A stretch of DNA of 64,000 nt from the NCBI GenBank assembly GCA_050015075.1, contig JBEKCB010000019.1:28792-92791 (forward strand). Reading direction: 5' to 3'. The position numbers and the translations under genes were made by a program. This DNA comes from Candidatus Brocadiia bacterium. GTDB lineage: Bacteria > Planctomycetota > Brocadiia > CAIUPP01. Shown piece after piece: positions 1-9,406 of the stretch (within the stretch, counting starts at the first letter, position 1; each line of letters opens with the position of its first letter). A model generated the notes under the pieces. It was not told where the DNA came from, did no database searches, and worked only from the letters and a program-made list of their open reading frames with translations.

Positions 1-2
1 AC

Positions 3-1331
3 GAATCGGCGGTCATCGCGCGCGAAATCGGCGAGATTGACGAGTTGATCCGCGGCTACACCGAACGCGAGAAGGCGATCGAGCAGGAACTCGCCGCCGC
101 CGTCAGCCAGCGCGACCAGCTTCAGCAGGAGATGGAATCCGCCCGCCGGACGCTCGCCGACCAGCAGGCGGCCGTGGACCGGATGCGCAACGAGGTCGAG
201 CGGCTGAAGGTGGAACTCGCTCAGAAGGAGGCGCGCCGCGGCGGCCTGGAGGAAAACATCGCGGCGGCGGGTAACCTGATCGCGGACCTCGACCGGCAGA
301 TCCTCGCAACGCAGCAGCGGATCGAGGACCTCCGGGCGAAGCAGGCGCAGGCCGAGCGCGAGATCGCCGACGCGCAGGCGAACCTTGCGGAACTCACACA
401 GCGCAAACAGGGGCTGGACGCCGAGATCGCCGCACTCCAGGAAGCGCAGGCCGTGGCGCAGGCGCGGCGGACCGAACAGACCGAGCGGCTCAAAGCGCTG
501 CGCGCGGACCGCGAAAGGCTCCAGCAGCAACTTCAGCAGGCCCGGCTGGAAGAGCAGGAACTCCGCGTGCGGATCGAGGGGCTGTCCGAGCGCGTCTTCA
601 ATGAACACGGCGTCCGCCTGGTCGAAGCCGCAGCGCAATCCACGCCGCCGCCGGATTGCAACTGGGAGGCGCTCCAGGCGGAGATCGGCGAGCTGCGCGA
701 GAAAATCCGGCGCATGGGCGGCGTGAACGAGGAGTCCATTGACGAGGAGGCCGGGCTCGAGATCGAGATCGCCCAGACCGATTCGCAGCGCGCCGACCTC
801 GTCAAGGCGGCGGAGGACTTGCAGGAAGTCATCCGCAAGCTCAACCGGGTCAGCCGGGAGAAGTTTCAGAAGACCTTCGAGGAGGTCCGGCAGAATTTCC
901 AGGAGACCTTCCGCCGGCTGTTCGGCGGCGGCCGCTGCGACCTGGTACTGCAACAGGACGAAGTGGACGTCCTCGAGGCGGGCATCGAAGTGCTGGCGTG
1001 CCCGCCGGGCAAGGAATTGCGCTCCATCACGCTCCTGTCCGGCGGCGAGAAGACCATGACGACCATTGCGCTGCTCTTCGCTATTTTCCGCTCGAAGCCC
1101 TCACCCTTCTGCATCCTCGACGAGGTGGATGCCGCGCTCGATGAAAGCAACGTGGACCGTTTCACGGCCATGATCGGCGAGTACGTGCAGAACTCGCAGT
1201 TCCTCATCATCACGCACAACAAGCGCACGGTCGGCATCGCCGACGTGCTCTACGGCATCACGATGCAGGAGAAAGGGGTCTCGAAGAAAGTCTCCGTGCG
1301 CGTCGAGGGCGCGGCGCAGGGGAATAACTGA
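3..1331 (+). CDS. smc: Chromosome segregation protein SMC, C-terminal part (5' end lies before the window)
   Basis: Long coiled coil followed by LSGGEK signature and Walker B PFCILDEVDAALD; frame open from position 3. Confidence 0.95.
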   Translation, partial: ESAVIAREIGEIDELIRGYTEREKAIEQELAAAVSQRDQLQQEMESARRTLADQQAAVDRMRNEVERLKVELAQKEARRGGLEENIAAAGNLIADLDRQILATQQRIEDLRAKQAQAEREIADAQANLAELTQRKQGLDAEIAALQEAQAVAQARRTEQTERLKALRADRERLQQQLQQARLEEQELRVRIEGLSERVFNEHGVRLVEAAAQSTPPPDCNWEALQAEIGELREKIRRMGGVNEESIDEEAGLEIEIAQTDSQRADLVKAAEDLQEVIRKLNRVSREKFQKTFEEVRQNFQETFRRLFGGGRCDLVLQQDEVDVLEAGIEVLACPPGKELRSITLLSGGEKTMTTIALLFAIFRSKPSPFCILDEVDAALDESNVDRFTAMIGEYVQNSQFLIITHNKRTVGIADVLYGITMQEKGVSKKVSVRVEGAAQGNN

Positions 1332-1343
1332 CGAGCGACAGTG

Positions 1344-1396
1344 GACGATGGACGACGGACAATTGCGTGTCGTTTATCGTCCGTCGTCTATCGTCA
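1344..1396. repeat. REP-like inverted repeat built from 7-bp units (GACGATG-GACGACG ... TCGTCCG-TCGTCTA-TCGTC)
   Basis: Imperfect palindrome directly after the smc stop codon. Confidence 0.6.
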
Positions 1397-1416
1397 TTAA
1401 AGTAGCCTGCAATCCC

Positions 1417-1444
1417 TTGACTGGCCGCCGGAAATATGTAGACT
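1417..1444 (+). promoter_or_regulatory. Putative sigma70 promoter for the TRL-like genes
   Basis: TTGACT-N16-TAGACT with TG before the -10 box. Confidence 0.5.
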
Positions 1445-1493
1445 GGATATTGAGGTCAGCTTTCGGGGACACGAAAGCGCCTTTTCGATAACC

Positions 1494-1555
1494 ATGACCG
1501 CTTCGGTCTCGTGAAAGGGTAGCGAGGAAGCGGTTCGGCGCTCGGCACGGGCGTC
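1494..1555 (+). ncRNA. Candidate structured cis-regulatory RNA, copy 1
   Basis: ACCGCTTC...GAAGCGGT stem plus GGCGCTC/GGGCGTC stem; repeated at 1945-2006. Confidence 0.55.
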
Positions 1556-1589
1556 TCGTTCCGGCCAGGCACAGGAGAGGAGCCCAGGC

Positions 1590-1904
1590 ATGAGGCTGTT
1601 ACTGTGCGCGCTGGCGTTCGCTGGGGTCGTGAGTCTCAGCGGCTGTACGGTCATGACGACGGGGGCGGTTCACGCGGCGATCGTGATTGACGAGAAGGGT
1701 CCCGTCGCGATGGGCGACGCGGACGCCGGTACCAAGGTCGGCACGTCCCAGGCGGAAGGCATCCTCGTGGTGGCATACGGCGATGCCTCGATTTCCGCCG
1801 CCATGAAGGAAGGCAACCTCACGAAAGTCCATCACGTGGACAAAGAGACCTTCAACGTGCTGGGGGTTTACGGGCGGTATCGGACGATCGTCTACGGCGA
1901 ATGA
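1590..1904 (+). CDS. TRL-like family lipoprotein, copy 1
   Basis: Lipobox LSGC; GILVVAYGDASI..A...G....VHHVD...NVLGVY....TIVYGE pattern; AGGAG RBS. Confidence 0.8.
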   Translation: MRLLLCALAFAGVVSLSGCTVMTTGAVHAAIVIDEKGPVAMGDADAGTKVGTSQAEGILVVAYGDASISAAMKEGNLTKVHHVDKETFNVLGVYGRYRTIVYGE

Positions 1905-1944
1905 CGCTCGGGCAATTGGAGTTCGGCAGGTGCGTTCGTGAGTG

Positions 1945-2006
1945 ATGACCGCTTCGGTCTCGCGAAAGGGTAGCGGGAAGCGGTTCGACGCCCGGCGGCG
2001 GGCGTC
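1945..2006 (+). ncRNA. Candidate structured cis-regulatory RNA, copy 2
   Basis: First ~43 nt differ from copy 1 by one substitution and one indel; second stem GACGCCC/GGGCGTC. Confidence 0.55.
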
Positions 2007-2042
2007 GGTTTCCGGCGGGGCGCAAGGAAGAAGGAGGCAGGT

Positions 2043-2357
2043 ATGAGGCTGTCATTGTGCGCGGCGGTGTTGGTCGGGCTTGTGGTTCTTACCGGCTGCA
2101 GCGCCATGGCGCTCGGCCCGGTCGTCGCCATGGTCACGGTGGACGAGAAAGGCCCCGTCTCTGTGGGCGACATGAAGGCCGGAATGAAGGTCGGCGTGGC
2201 CCAGGCCGAGGGTATCCTCGTCGTGGCCTACGGCGATGCCTCCATCGTGGCCGCGATGAAGAACGCCAATATTACCAGGGTCCATCACGTGGATAACGAG
2301 ACGTTCAACGTGCTGGGCATTTACGCGAGATATAAGACCATCGTCTACGGCGAATAA
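2043..2357 (+). CDS. TRL-like family lipoprotein, copy 2 (tandem paralog)
   Basis: Lipobox LTGC; same length (104 aa) and motifs as copy 1. Confidence 0.8.
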   Translation: MRLSLCAAVLVGLVVLTGCSAMALGPVVAMVTVDEKGPVSVGDMKAGMKVGVAQAEGILVVAYGDASIVAAMKNANITRVHHVDNETFNVLGIYARYKTIVYGE

Positions 2358-2400
2358 GGCGTTTCGGCGCGCATTGAGGCGGAGCGGCGTTCTGAACAGC

Positions 2401-3012
2401 ATGAATGGGCGCAGGACTATTGGCCTGGCGAGCTTGTGCGCGGTGACGATCACCGCCCTGCTCACGGGCTGCGCGAGCGACAAGCTGCCGGAGGTCCCGG
2501 CGGCGCTCTTCGCGCATCGGATGAGTCCCATTCCAGAGGGCGCCGCTCCGCTCCTTTCCTGGAGCCGTCTGCAAACCGGGCTGAAAACCTACTGGCGCGA
2601 TCAGCAGATCAACGTCCAGGTCTGGGCCTGGTTCCCGCCGAATTGGAAGAACCCCGGCGACGAGTTCTGGCAGTTGACCGCCCGCAACGCCGAGGGGCGC
2701 GCGCTCCGGTTCATCGGCGTCGAACGCAGATACCTCAACGAAAACGGGACCGAGCTTTCCATGCTCGTCCCGAAGCTGGACCTGAATGCGGTCCCGGACG
2801 GCCTATACCTGGCGATCGCCCCCAACATCAAGACGAGCGAAGGCCGGCTCGTCTCCGTTCAGCCGGTCGCCGTCCTGCTTGAGATCCGCGGCCACATGTT
2901 CAAGCCGTTCCGGTTCCCGATCATGCTCATCCCCGATCAGGAATCGCCGCTCACCCCAAGGCCCCAAATTCCGCCCGAAGCTCCCGTCGGCACGCCGATG
3001 CCCGGCGAATAG
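2401..3012 (+). CDS. Hypothetical lipoprotein
   Basis: Signal peptide with LTGC lipobox; Pro-rich C-terminus. Confidence 0.65.
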   Translation: MNGRRTIGLASLCAVTITALLTGCASDKLPEVPAALFAHRMSPIPEGAAPLLSWSRLQTGLKTYWRDQQINVQVWAWFPPNWKNPGDEFWQLTARNAEGRALRFIGVERRYLNENGTELSMLVPKLDLNAVPDGLYLAIAPNIKTSEGRLVSVQPVAVLLEIRGHMFKPFRFPIMLIPDQESPLTPRPQIPPEAPVGTPMPGE

Positions 3013-3025
3013 CCCACATTGCGCG

Positions 3026-3144
3026 GTCATTCTGAGCGAAGCGAAGAATCTCATACTCTGCTTGTAGTGGCGCCGTCAGGCGCTACTTCGTATGCCCTTC
3101 CTTCTTCGCCCTCCGAAGTAGCCCGGAGGGCTACGAAGGACGGG
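3026..3144. repeat. Cluster of REP-like palindromic elements between convergent genes
   Basis: GTCATTCTGAGCGAAGCGAAGAATCTC (3026-3052) and GTAGCCC-GGA-GGGCTAC hairpin (within 3108-3144). Confidence 0.55.
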
Positions 3145-3232
3145 ACGGGCACACTGCGAGCAGCATGCCGCGGCCTGGACTATGTGAGTTATTTCGGCGT
3201 CTCCACGCTAGCGGAGAGTGCGGCTGCTGCGG

Positions 3233-4306
3233 TCATCGCGTCCTGCGCGCCCAGCGGAACTTCGCCGGAGAGCTGCGCGGGTTGCTTCGAATTTCCTCCG
3301 CGCCGGGCCGAATCGGTTCATCCGAGACCGCTTCGAACACGCCGCCGCGGAGGCCGTCGCGGAACGCGTGCTTGACCAGGCGGTCCTCCACGCTGTGAAA
3401 CGTGAGGATGCCGAGCCGCCCGCCGGGCTTCAGGCAATAGGGCGCCGAGAGGAGCAGGCGATTCAGGTTCGCGATCTCGTCATTGACAAGGATGCGCAGC
3501 GCCTGGAAAGTCCGCGCGGCCGGGTGCAACTCGGCGTCGCGGCGCAGAGTCTTCGGCGTCATGTCCTTCGCCGCGAGCACCACTTCCACGAGTTCCAGCG
3601 TCCGCGCGATCCGGCGTTTCCGCCGCTCCGACGCAATCCGCTCGGCGATCCGCTCCGCGTCCGGCTCATCAGAAAGCTCGCGCAGCGCCGCGGCAAGCTC
3701 TTCGGGGGCGACGGTCGCCAGAAGGTCCGCCGCCGTTCGCCGCAGCCGGTCGTCCATGCGCATATCGAGCGGGCCGTCGCGCTTGTAGCTGAACCCGCGC
3801 GCCGATTCGTCCAACTGCATGGACGACACGCCCAGGTCCGCGAAGATGACGTCGCACGCGTCGAGCCGCTCGGCCTTCAGCGCCTGCGCCACCTGCGCGA
3901 AATTCATCCGGCGCGCGCTCAGCCGAAACCCCATCGCCTCGAGCCGAACCCGCGTCCGATCCAGTTCCGGGCCGTCCACGTCCAGACCGATGAGCCGGCC
4001 GGCCAGCCCGATGCGTTTGAGGAACTCCGCTGCGTGTCCGCCGTAGCCGAGCGTGCAGTCAACCACGACCTCTCCCGGCTGCGGGCGCAGGCATTCCATC
4101 ACCTCGCGGAGAAGTACCGGCACGTGCGTCCCGGCCGGCGTGCGCCCCTGCGCGCGGACGTGCTCCTGCATCTGCGGGTATCGGTCGGGCTGCCGTTCCT
4201 TGTACCGCTCCTCGAAGCGCCGCGGGTGCGTTCCGGAATACCGGACGCGCCGCCGGCGCTCGCCGGGACCGCGCTGATCCTGTCCTTTCTCGCTTTCGTT
4301 GACCAT
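3233..4306 (-). CDS. rsmH: 16S rRNA m4C1402 methyltransferase RsmH (variant with N-terminal extension)
   Basis: HVPVLL, DCTLGYGGH, DLGVSSMQLD, PLDMRMD, RTFQALRILVN, TFHSVEDR, NPRS motifs. Confidence 0.92.
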   Translation of the reverse strand: MVNESEKGQDQRGPGERRRRVRYSGTHPRRFEERYKERQPDRYPQMQEHVRAQGRTPAGTHVPVLLREVMECLRPQPGEVVVDCTLGYGGHAAEFLKRIGLAGRLIGLDVDGPELDRTRVRLEAMGFRLSARRMNFAQVAQALKAERLDACDVIFADLGVSSMQLDESARGFSYKRDGPLDMRMDDRLRRTAADLLATVAPEELAAALRELSDEPDAERIAERIASERRKRRIARTLELVEVVLAAKDMTPKTLRRDAELHPAARTFQALRILVNDEIANLNRLLLSAPYCLKPGGRLGILTFHSVEDRLVKHAFRDGLRGGVFEAVSDEPIRPGAEEIRSNPRSSPAKFRWARRTR

Positions 4307-4428
4307 GGCCGTTGACGGATTGTGACTTCCGGTCGAGGCGATTGCAAGGCCGGCGACTTGGATTTGACGGTCGCGCGGCCGGCTGATAACATGCGGACAT
4401 CCGGCAAGTATCCAGGAAAGGAGCCGGC

Positions 4429-5736
4429 GTGAGAGGCAGTCGAATCGGGATCGGCGTCATCGGACTCGGCACCGTCGGCGGTGAGGTGGTCCGCGTGCTG
4501 AGGCGGAACCGCGCGCTCGTGCGCGAGCGCTGCGGCGTGGGCGTCGAAGTGCGGCGCGCGGTGGACCTGGATCGGAAGCGTCTTCGCGCAATCGGATTAC
4601 CGCCCAAGTGTCTGGGCAGCGATTTCCACGCCGTCCTTGCCGATCCGGACGTCCAGATCGTCGTCGAGCTCATCGGCGGCATCGGCGTGGCGCGCGAGGT
4701 GGTCCTCGGCGCCCTGCGCGCGGGCAAACACGTCGTCACGGCCAACAAGGCGCTCCTCGCGACGCACTGGCAGGAGATTTTCTCTCTCGCGCAGGAGCGG
4801 CGCTGCGCCGTTGGGTTCGAGGCGAGCGTGATGGCCGGCGTCCCGGTGATCCGCTCGATCGAGGAAGGCCTGGCGGGGAACGTCATCCCGTCGCTGCTCG
4901 GCATCCTGAACGGCACGTCGAATTTCGTCCTGACCCGCATGGCCGGCCGCGGCATGGAGTTCAGCCGCGCACTCAACGAGGCGCGCCGCAAGGGCCTGTG
5001 CGAGGCGAATGCGAGCCTGGACATTGACGGGCACGACGCGGCCCAGAAACTCTCCATCCTCGGCTCGCTGGCGCTGGGCAAGTGGCTGCCGCCGGCGGAA
5101 GTGCATCGCGAAGGCATCGGCGGCATCGAGCGCGAACACCTCGCCGAGGCGCAGGAGCAGTTCGGCTACGTCCTGCGTCCGCTGGCCATCTTCAAGCATT
5201 CCGGCGCCGGCGTCGAGGCGCGCGTCCATCCCACGTTCGTCCCCGGGGCGCATCCGCTCGCGTCGGTCGAGGACGAGTTCAACGCCATCCTCATCACCGC
5301 GGAGACCGCCGGGTCCGTCCTGCTCGTCGGCAAGGGCGCCGGCGCGAAACCGGCCGCCTCCGGCGTGATCAGCGACGTGATCGGCCTCGCCCGCGCCATT
5401 CATCAGGGCGGCCACGAAGGAATGCTGGTGCCGCTGCGGCCCACGAAGGAGCGCGTGCGCGTCGCGCCGATCGAGATGGTCGAGAGCAAATTCTACCTGC
5501 GTTTCTCGGTGATAGACCGGCCCGGCGTGCTCTCGTACATCACCGGCGTGCTGGGGAAGAACCAGGTTTCCATCGCCACCTGCGACCAGCGCGGGCGCTC
5601 CGAGCGCGGCACGGTGCCGGTCATCATCATCACGCACCGCGCGCGCGAAGGCGCCGTGCGGAAAGCGCTGGCCGAGACCGATTCCGCGACGCGCATCGTG
5701 AAACGCGCGACCGTGGCGATCCGGATCGAGGAGTAG
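4429..5736 (+). CDS. hom: Homoserine dehydrogenase with C-terminal ACT domain
   Basis: GLGTVG, VVTANK, GILNGTSN, DIDGHDAAQK, DRPGVL; TTGACG-N17-TAACAT upstream. Confidence 0.95.
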   Translation: MRGSRIGIGVIGLGTVGGEVVRVLRRNRALVRERCGVGVEVRRAVDLDRKRLRAIGLPPKCLGSDFHAVLADPDVQIVVELIGGIGVAREVVLGALRAGKHVVTANKALLATHWQEIFSLAQERRCAVGFEASVMAGVPVIRSIEEGLAGNVIPSLLGILNGTSNFVLTRMAGRGMEFSRALNEARRKGLCEANASLDIDGHDAAQKLSILGSLALGKWLPPAEVHREGIGGIEREHLAEAQEQFGYVLRPLAIFKHSGAGVEARVHPTFVPGAHPLASVEDEFNAILITAETAGSVLLVGKGAGAKPAASGVISDVIGLARAIHQGGHEGMLVPLRPTKERVRVAPIEMVESKFYLRFSVIDRPGVLSYITGVLGKNQVSIATCDQRGRSERGTVPVIIITHRAREGAVRKALAETDSATRIVKRATVAIRIEE

Positions 5737-5739
5737 CCC

Positions 5740-6801
5740 ATGGCGTTTTCCGGCGTCATTCAACGTTACCGCAGCTTTCTGCCCGTGAGCGACCGGACGC
5801 CGGTCGTCACGCTCGGCGAGGGCTCTACGCCGCTCATCCCGGCGCCGCGGCTGGCGCGCGAGATCGGCGGCGGGCTGCGGATCTTCCTCAAGTACGAAGG
5901 GATGAATCCCACCGGCTCGTTCAAAGACCGCGGCATGACCATGGCGCTGTCGAAGGCGGTCGAGGAAGGCAGCACGGCGGTGGTCTGCGCCTCGACCGGC
6001 AACACGGCCGCCTCGGCGGCGGCCTACGCGGCGCGGGCGGGCGTCAGCGCGCTCGTCCTGCTCCCGGCCGGAAGCGTGGCGCTCGGGAAAGTCTCGCAGG
6101 CGCTCGCCTATGGGGCGAAAGTCCTCGCGGTGGACGGGAATTTCGACCACGCGCTCCGCCTGGTTCGCGAATTGTGCCAACGGTTCCGCATCACGCTGGT
6201 CAACTCGATCAATCCGTACCGCATCGAAGGGCAGAAGACCGGCGCGTTCGAGATCGTGGACGATCTCGGCCGCGCGCCGGATTTCCACTGCATCCCGGTC
6301 GGCAACGCCGGGAACATCACGGCGTACTGGAAGGGATACAAGGAGTACGACGCGGCGCGGCGGTCCGGATTGCCGAAGATGCTCGGCTTCCAGGCCGAGG
6401 GCGCCGCGCCGATCGTCCGCGGGCACCCGATCGAGGACCCGCGCACGCTCGCGACGGCGATCAAGATCGGGAACCCCGCCAGTTGGAAGAGCGCCGAGGC
6501 CGCGCGCGACGAGTCCGGCGGGATCATTGACATGGTCACCGACGACGAAATCATCTCCGCCTACCAGATGCTCGGCCGCCTCGAGGGAGTCTTCGCCGAG
6601 CCGGCCTCCGCCGCGTCGGTCGCGGGACTGATCCGCTGCGCGCGCGGAGGTTACTTCGCGGACCGGCCGGAAGCGACGGTCGTCTGCGTCCTGACCGGCC
6701 ACGGTCTGAAGGACCCGGAACGCGCGATCAAGACGAGCGGCGAAATCCCGACCGTGGCCGCCACGCTCGATGCGGTGGTGAAAGGGGCCGGACTGAAGTG
6801 A
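5740..6801 (+). CDS. thrC: Threonine synthase
   Basis: NPTGSFKDRG PLP lysine motif, ASTGNT, PVGNAGN, TGHGLKD. Confidence 0.95.
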   Translation: MAFSGVIQRYRSFLPVSDRTPVVTLGEGSTPLIPAPRLAREIGGGLRIFLKYEGMNPTGSFKDRGMTMALSKAVEEGSTAVVCASTGNTAASAAAYAARAGVSALVLLPAGSVALGKVSQALAYGAKVLAVDGNFDHALRLVRELCQRFRITLVNSINPYRIEGQKTGAFEIVDDLGRAPDFHCIPVGNAGNITAYWKGYKEYDAARRSGLPKMLGFQAEGAAPIVRGHPIEDPRTLATAIKIGNPASWKSAEAARDESGGIIDMVTDDEIISAYQMLGRLEGVFAEPASAASVAGLIRCARGGYFADRPEATVVCVLTGHGLKDPERAIKTSGEIPTVAATLDAVVKGAGLK

Positions 6802-7736
6802 CCAATTCCGTGCAGGTGACAATTCCGGCGACGGCGGCCAACCTCGGCCCGGGCTTCGATTGCCTGGGGCTCGCGGTGAACCTCTGCAACGAGGTGATCC
6901 TGCAGACGGCGGGCGGATTCCGGTCGTCCGGCGAGCCGAACGTCTGCGTCACCGTGAACGGCCTGGGCGAGAAGTCGCTGACCACCGGGCGCGGGAACCT
7001 GGTCGTTCGCGCGGCCGAACGGGTCTTCGCGCTGGCGAAGCACGTCCCGGACCGGCTGACCGTGCGGCTGATCAACCGGATTCCGCTGTGCAGCGGCATG
7101 GGCAGTTCCGCCGCCGCGATCGTCGGCGGCCTCGTGGGCGCCAACGAGCTGTGCCGCCGGCCGCTCAAGCCGGACCAACTCCTGGCGCTGGCGGCCGAGA
7201 TGGAAGGCCATCCGGACAACGTAGCCCCTGCTCTGCTGGGCGGCTTCACCATCAGCGTTGTCGGCGAGGACGGCGTGGTGTGCGTCCTTCAGCCGCGCAT
7301 CCGCCGCGACCTGATCTGCGTCTTCTGCGTCCCGGACAAAATGCTCCCGTCGACGAAGGCGCGCCGCGCGCTGCCGAAGAGCTACCGCCGGGCGGACGTC
7401 GTCTTTTCGCTCTCGCGGACCGCGATGCTGACCGCCCTGCTCCAGGGCGGCAGCACCGGGCTGCTGAAGATGGCGATGGAGGACCGTCTTCACCAGCCGT
7501 ACCGGGCGAAACTGGTCCCCGGAATGATGAACGCGGTCGCCGCGGCCGTCAAAGCCGGGGCGCTCGGCGCGTGCCTGAGCGGGTCCGGCCCGACCGTCCT
7601 GGCATTTGTGGATCACCACGGCAGCCCCGACCAGGTCGGCGCGGCGTTCGAGAAGGCGTTCGCGGCCGAGAGAATCCGCGCGGAGACGTTCGTCCTCAGC
7701 ATCAGCACCAGCGGCGCGCGAGCCCGATATCGCTGA
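6798..7736 (+). CDS. thrB: Homoserine kinase
   Basis: PATAANLGPGFD, GMGSSAA, EGHPDN, LSGSGPT (GHMP kinase). Confidence 0.95.
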   Translation: MTNSVQVTIPATAANLGPGFDCLGLAVNLCNEVILQTAGGFRSSGEPNVCVTVNGLGEKSLTTGRGNLVVRAAERVFALAKHVPDRLTVRLINRIPLCSGMGSSAAAIVGGLVGANELCRRPLKPDQLLALAAEMEGHPDNVAPALLGGFTISVVGEDGVVCVLQPRIRRDLICVFCVPDKMLPSTKARRALPKSYRRADVVFSLSRTAMLTALLQGGSTGLLKMAMEDRLHQPYRAKLVPGMMNAVAAAVKAGALGACLSGSGPTVLAFVDHHGSPDQVGAAFEKAFAAERIRAETFVLSISTSGARARYR

Positions 7737-7762
7737 AGCCACTCTAAGATAAGGAAACGATC

Positions 7763-8503
7763 ATGAAAAAGAAGCCTGCCGCTCCCGCCAAGGGACAAAT
7801 AATCATCTTCAAGTTCGACGACGTTATTGCAGGATGGGAGAATAAGGCCGATGTGGTCCCGCCGCGATGGCAGCGCATGACCGAATATATCGAGAAGAAC
7901 CACTTGAAGGCTTCTTCCGGCGTTATCTGCGATTCGCTGGAGGGCGAAAACCCGGCCTATTTCGATTGGCTCAAGGAGCATCACCAGATAGGCGCCATGG
8001 AGTTCTGGCACCACGGCTGCCACATGCGGAACGCCGAGGAGAAGACCGGCGAGTTCGACCAGGGAACCTGGCAGGAACATAAAGCCATCCTGGAGCGCGG
8101 CGAGGCACTCGCCCGGAAGAAGCTCGGGTTCGAGTTCGCCGCGTTCGGCCCGCACTGGAGCTCAACGACCGAGGCCACCGACCGCGCCCTCGAGGCCGTG
8201 CCCCAGATCAAAGTCTGGCTCTACGGGCCGAAGAAGCCGAAGTATTTCACCCGGCTGAGCCTACCGCGGATCATGGGTTTGGAGAATCCGATCTTCGTCC
8301 CGGACTTCGAGAAGTTTCAGAGCACGTACAACCAACTGGCCGCCGAACTTCCCATGCTCGTCCTCCAGGGGCACCCGGACCAGTGGAAGGTCGAGACGAA
8401 GTGGGAAGGCTTCTTCAAAATCGTCGAGTTCCTCAAATCGAAGGGGTGCGTCTTCATGACGCCGTCGGAATACCTGGCGCACATTTCCCAAAAAAGGAAA
8501 TGA
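7763..8503 (+). CDS. Polysaccharide deacetylase-like protein (DUF2334-like)
   Basis: KFDD, EFWHHG.H and LQGHP motifs. Confidence 0.6.
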   Translation: MKKKPAAPAKGQIIIFKFDDVIAGWENKADVVPPRWQRMTEYIEKNHLKASSGVICDSLEGENPAYFDWLKEHHQIGAMEFWHHGCHMRNAEEKTGEFDQGTWQEHKAILERGEALARKKLGFEFAAFGPHWSSTTEATDRALEAVPQIKVWLYGPKKPKYFTRLSLPRIMGLENPIFVPDFEKFQSTYNQLAAELPMLVLQGHPDQWKVETKWEGFFKIVEFLKSKGCVFMTPSEYLAHISQKRK

Positions 8504-8553
8504 CGGGCCGGGTTTCCTGGTATTGAGGAAGACGATTGCCGCGGAGGCCCCAC

Positions 8554-9306
8554 TCACCACGAATCTTTTCGTCCCGCGCCGGCGACGCCGGTGAGGTCCT
8601 CGTCCTCCGCGATGTAGAGGATGCGGCCGCAGGACTGGCAGTAGATCAGCTTGTCGCCGCCCATGAGCAGGCTGACGGTGTTGGCGGTGAGCGACATGCG
8701 GCAGCCGCTGCAAACGTAGTTGTGGCACGCGGCCATCGCGCGGCCGTCGGCCCGCGTCAGCAGCCGCTCGTACGGATTGCGGAAGGCCGGCGGTATCTTC
8801 GCGGAAAGCTCGGCGCGCTCCTTCTGGACGCGCTCGACCCGCGCGTCTGCGTCCTGGAGCGCCGTCTGGATCGCCTTCCTGCGCTCGCTCACGGCCGCGG
8901 TCGCATCCGCGGCCTTCGCGGCGAGCTGCTTGATCTCTTTCTGCTGTTGCTCGGATTGCTCGAACATCTTGAGGATTTCGTCCTCGATGCGTGACTTGTC
9001 GGCCTTCAGCCCGAGGATCTCGTGCTGGAAGGCGGCGTATTCCTTGTTCGATTTGACGGTGTTGAGCTGAACCTCGAGCTTCTTGATCCGCCCCTCGACT
9101 TCCTTGAGGTCCAGCTCGCGCTTGTCGAGCGCCATGCGGAAGGACTTCGCTTCCGAGGACTTATCCGTCAGCGTCTGCTTTTCGGCCTCCGTGGCCCGGT
9201 CCGCTTCGGCCGCCTCCTTCGCCAGCTTCTCCTTCGTCTGCGTCAGGCGCCGGACCGTCGCGTCGAGTTCCTGAAGCTGGATCAGCATTTTGATTTCTTC
9301 ACGCAT
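8554..9306 (-). CDS. Coiled-coil protein with C4 zinc ribbon (DUF164 / CT398 / HP0958 family)
   Basis: LIQLQELD start, long coiled coil, CSGC...CQSCGRILY. Confidence 0.85.
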   Translation of the reverse strand: MREEIKMLIQLQELDATVRRLTQTKEKLAKEAAEADRATEAEKQTLTDKSSEAKSFRMALDKRELDLKEVEGRIKKLEVQLNTVKSNKEYAAFQHEILGLKADKSRIEDEILKMFEQSEQQQKEIKQLAAKAADATAAVSERRKAIQTALQDADARVERVQKERAELSAKIPPAFRNPYERLLTRADGRAMAACHNYVCSGCRMSLTANTVSLLMGGDKLIYCQSCGRILYIAEDEDLTGVAGAGRKDSW

Positions 9307-9406
9307 CGCGGCGCCGATCTTCCTCCACCGTTGCTCACCTCGCCAATCGAGAAGCGGGCGTTGGCAAAGGAGATAGATTACCGCAATCGAGCGCGCAAAA
9401 CAAGTC

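Noticed and set aside
1494-1514. Leader peptide (uORF) starting at the ATG of the TRL upstream motif
   Set aside because: Stops after 6 codons in copy 1 but runs 33 codons in copy 2, with no clear RBS; conservation follows base pairing rather than coding.
1460-1536. Canonical c-di-GMP-I (GEMM) riboswitch
   Set aside because: Only a P2-like CGGTCT...GGTAGCG resemblance; the P1 consensus and tetraloop receptor are absent.
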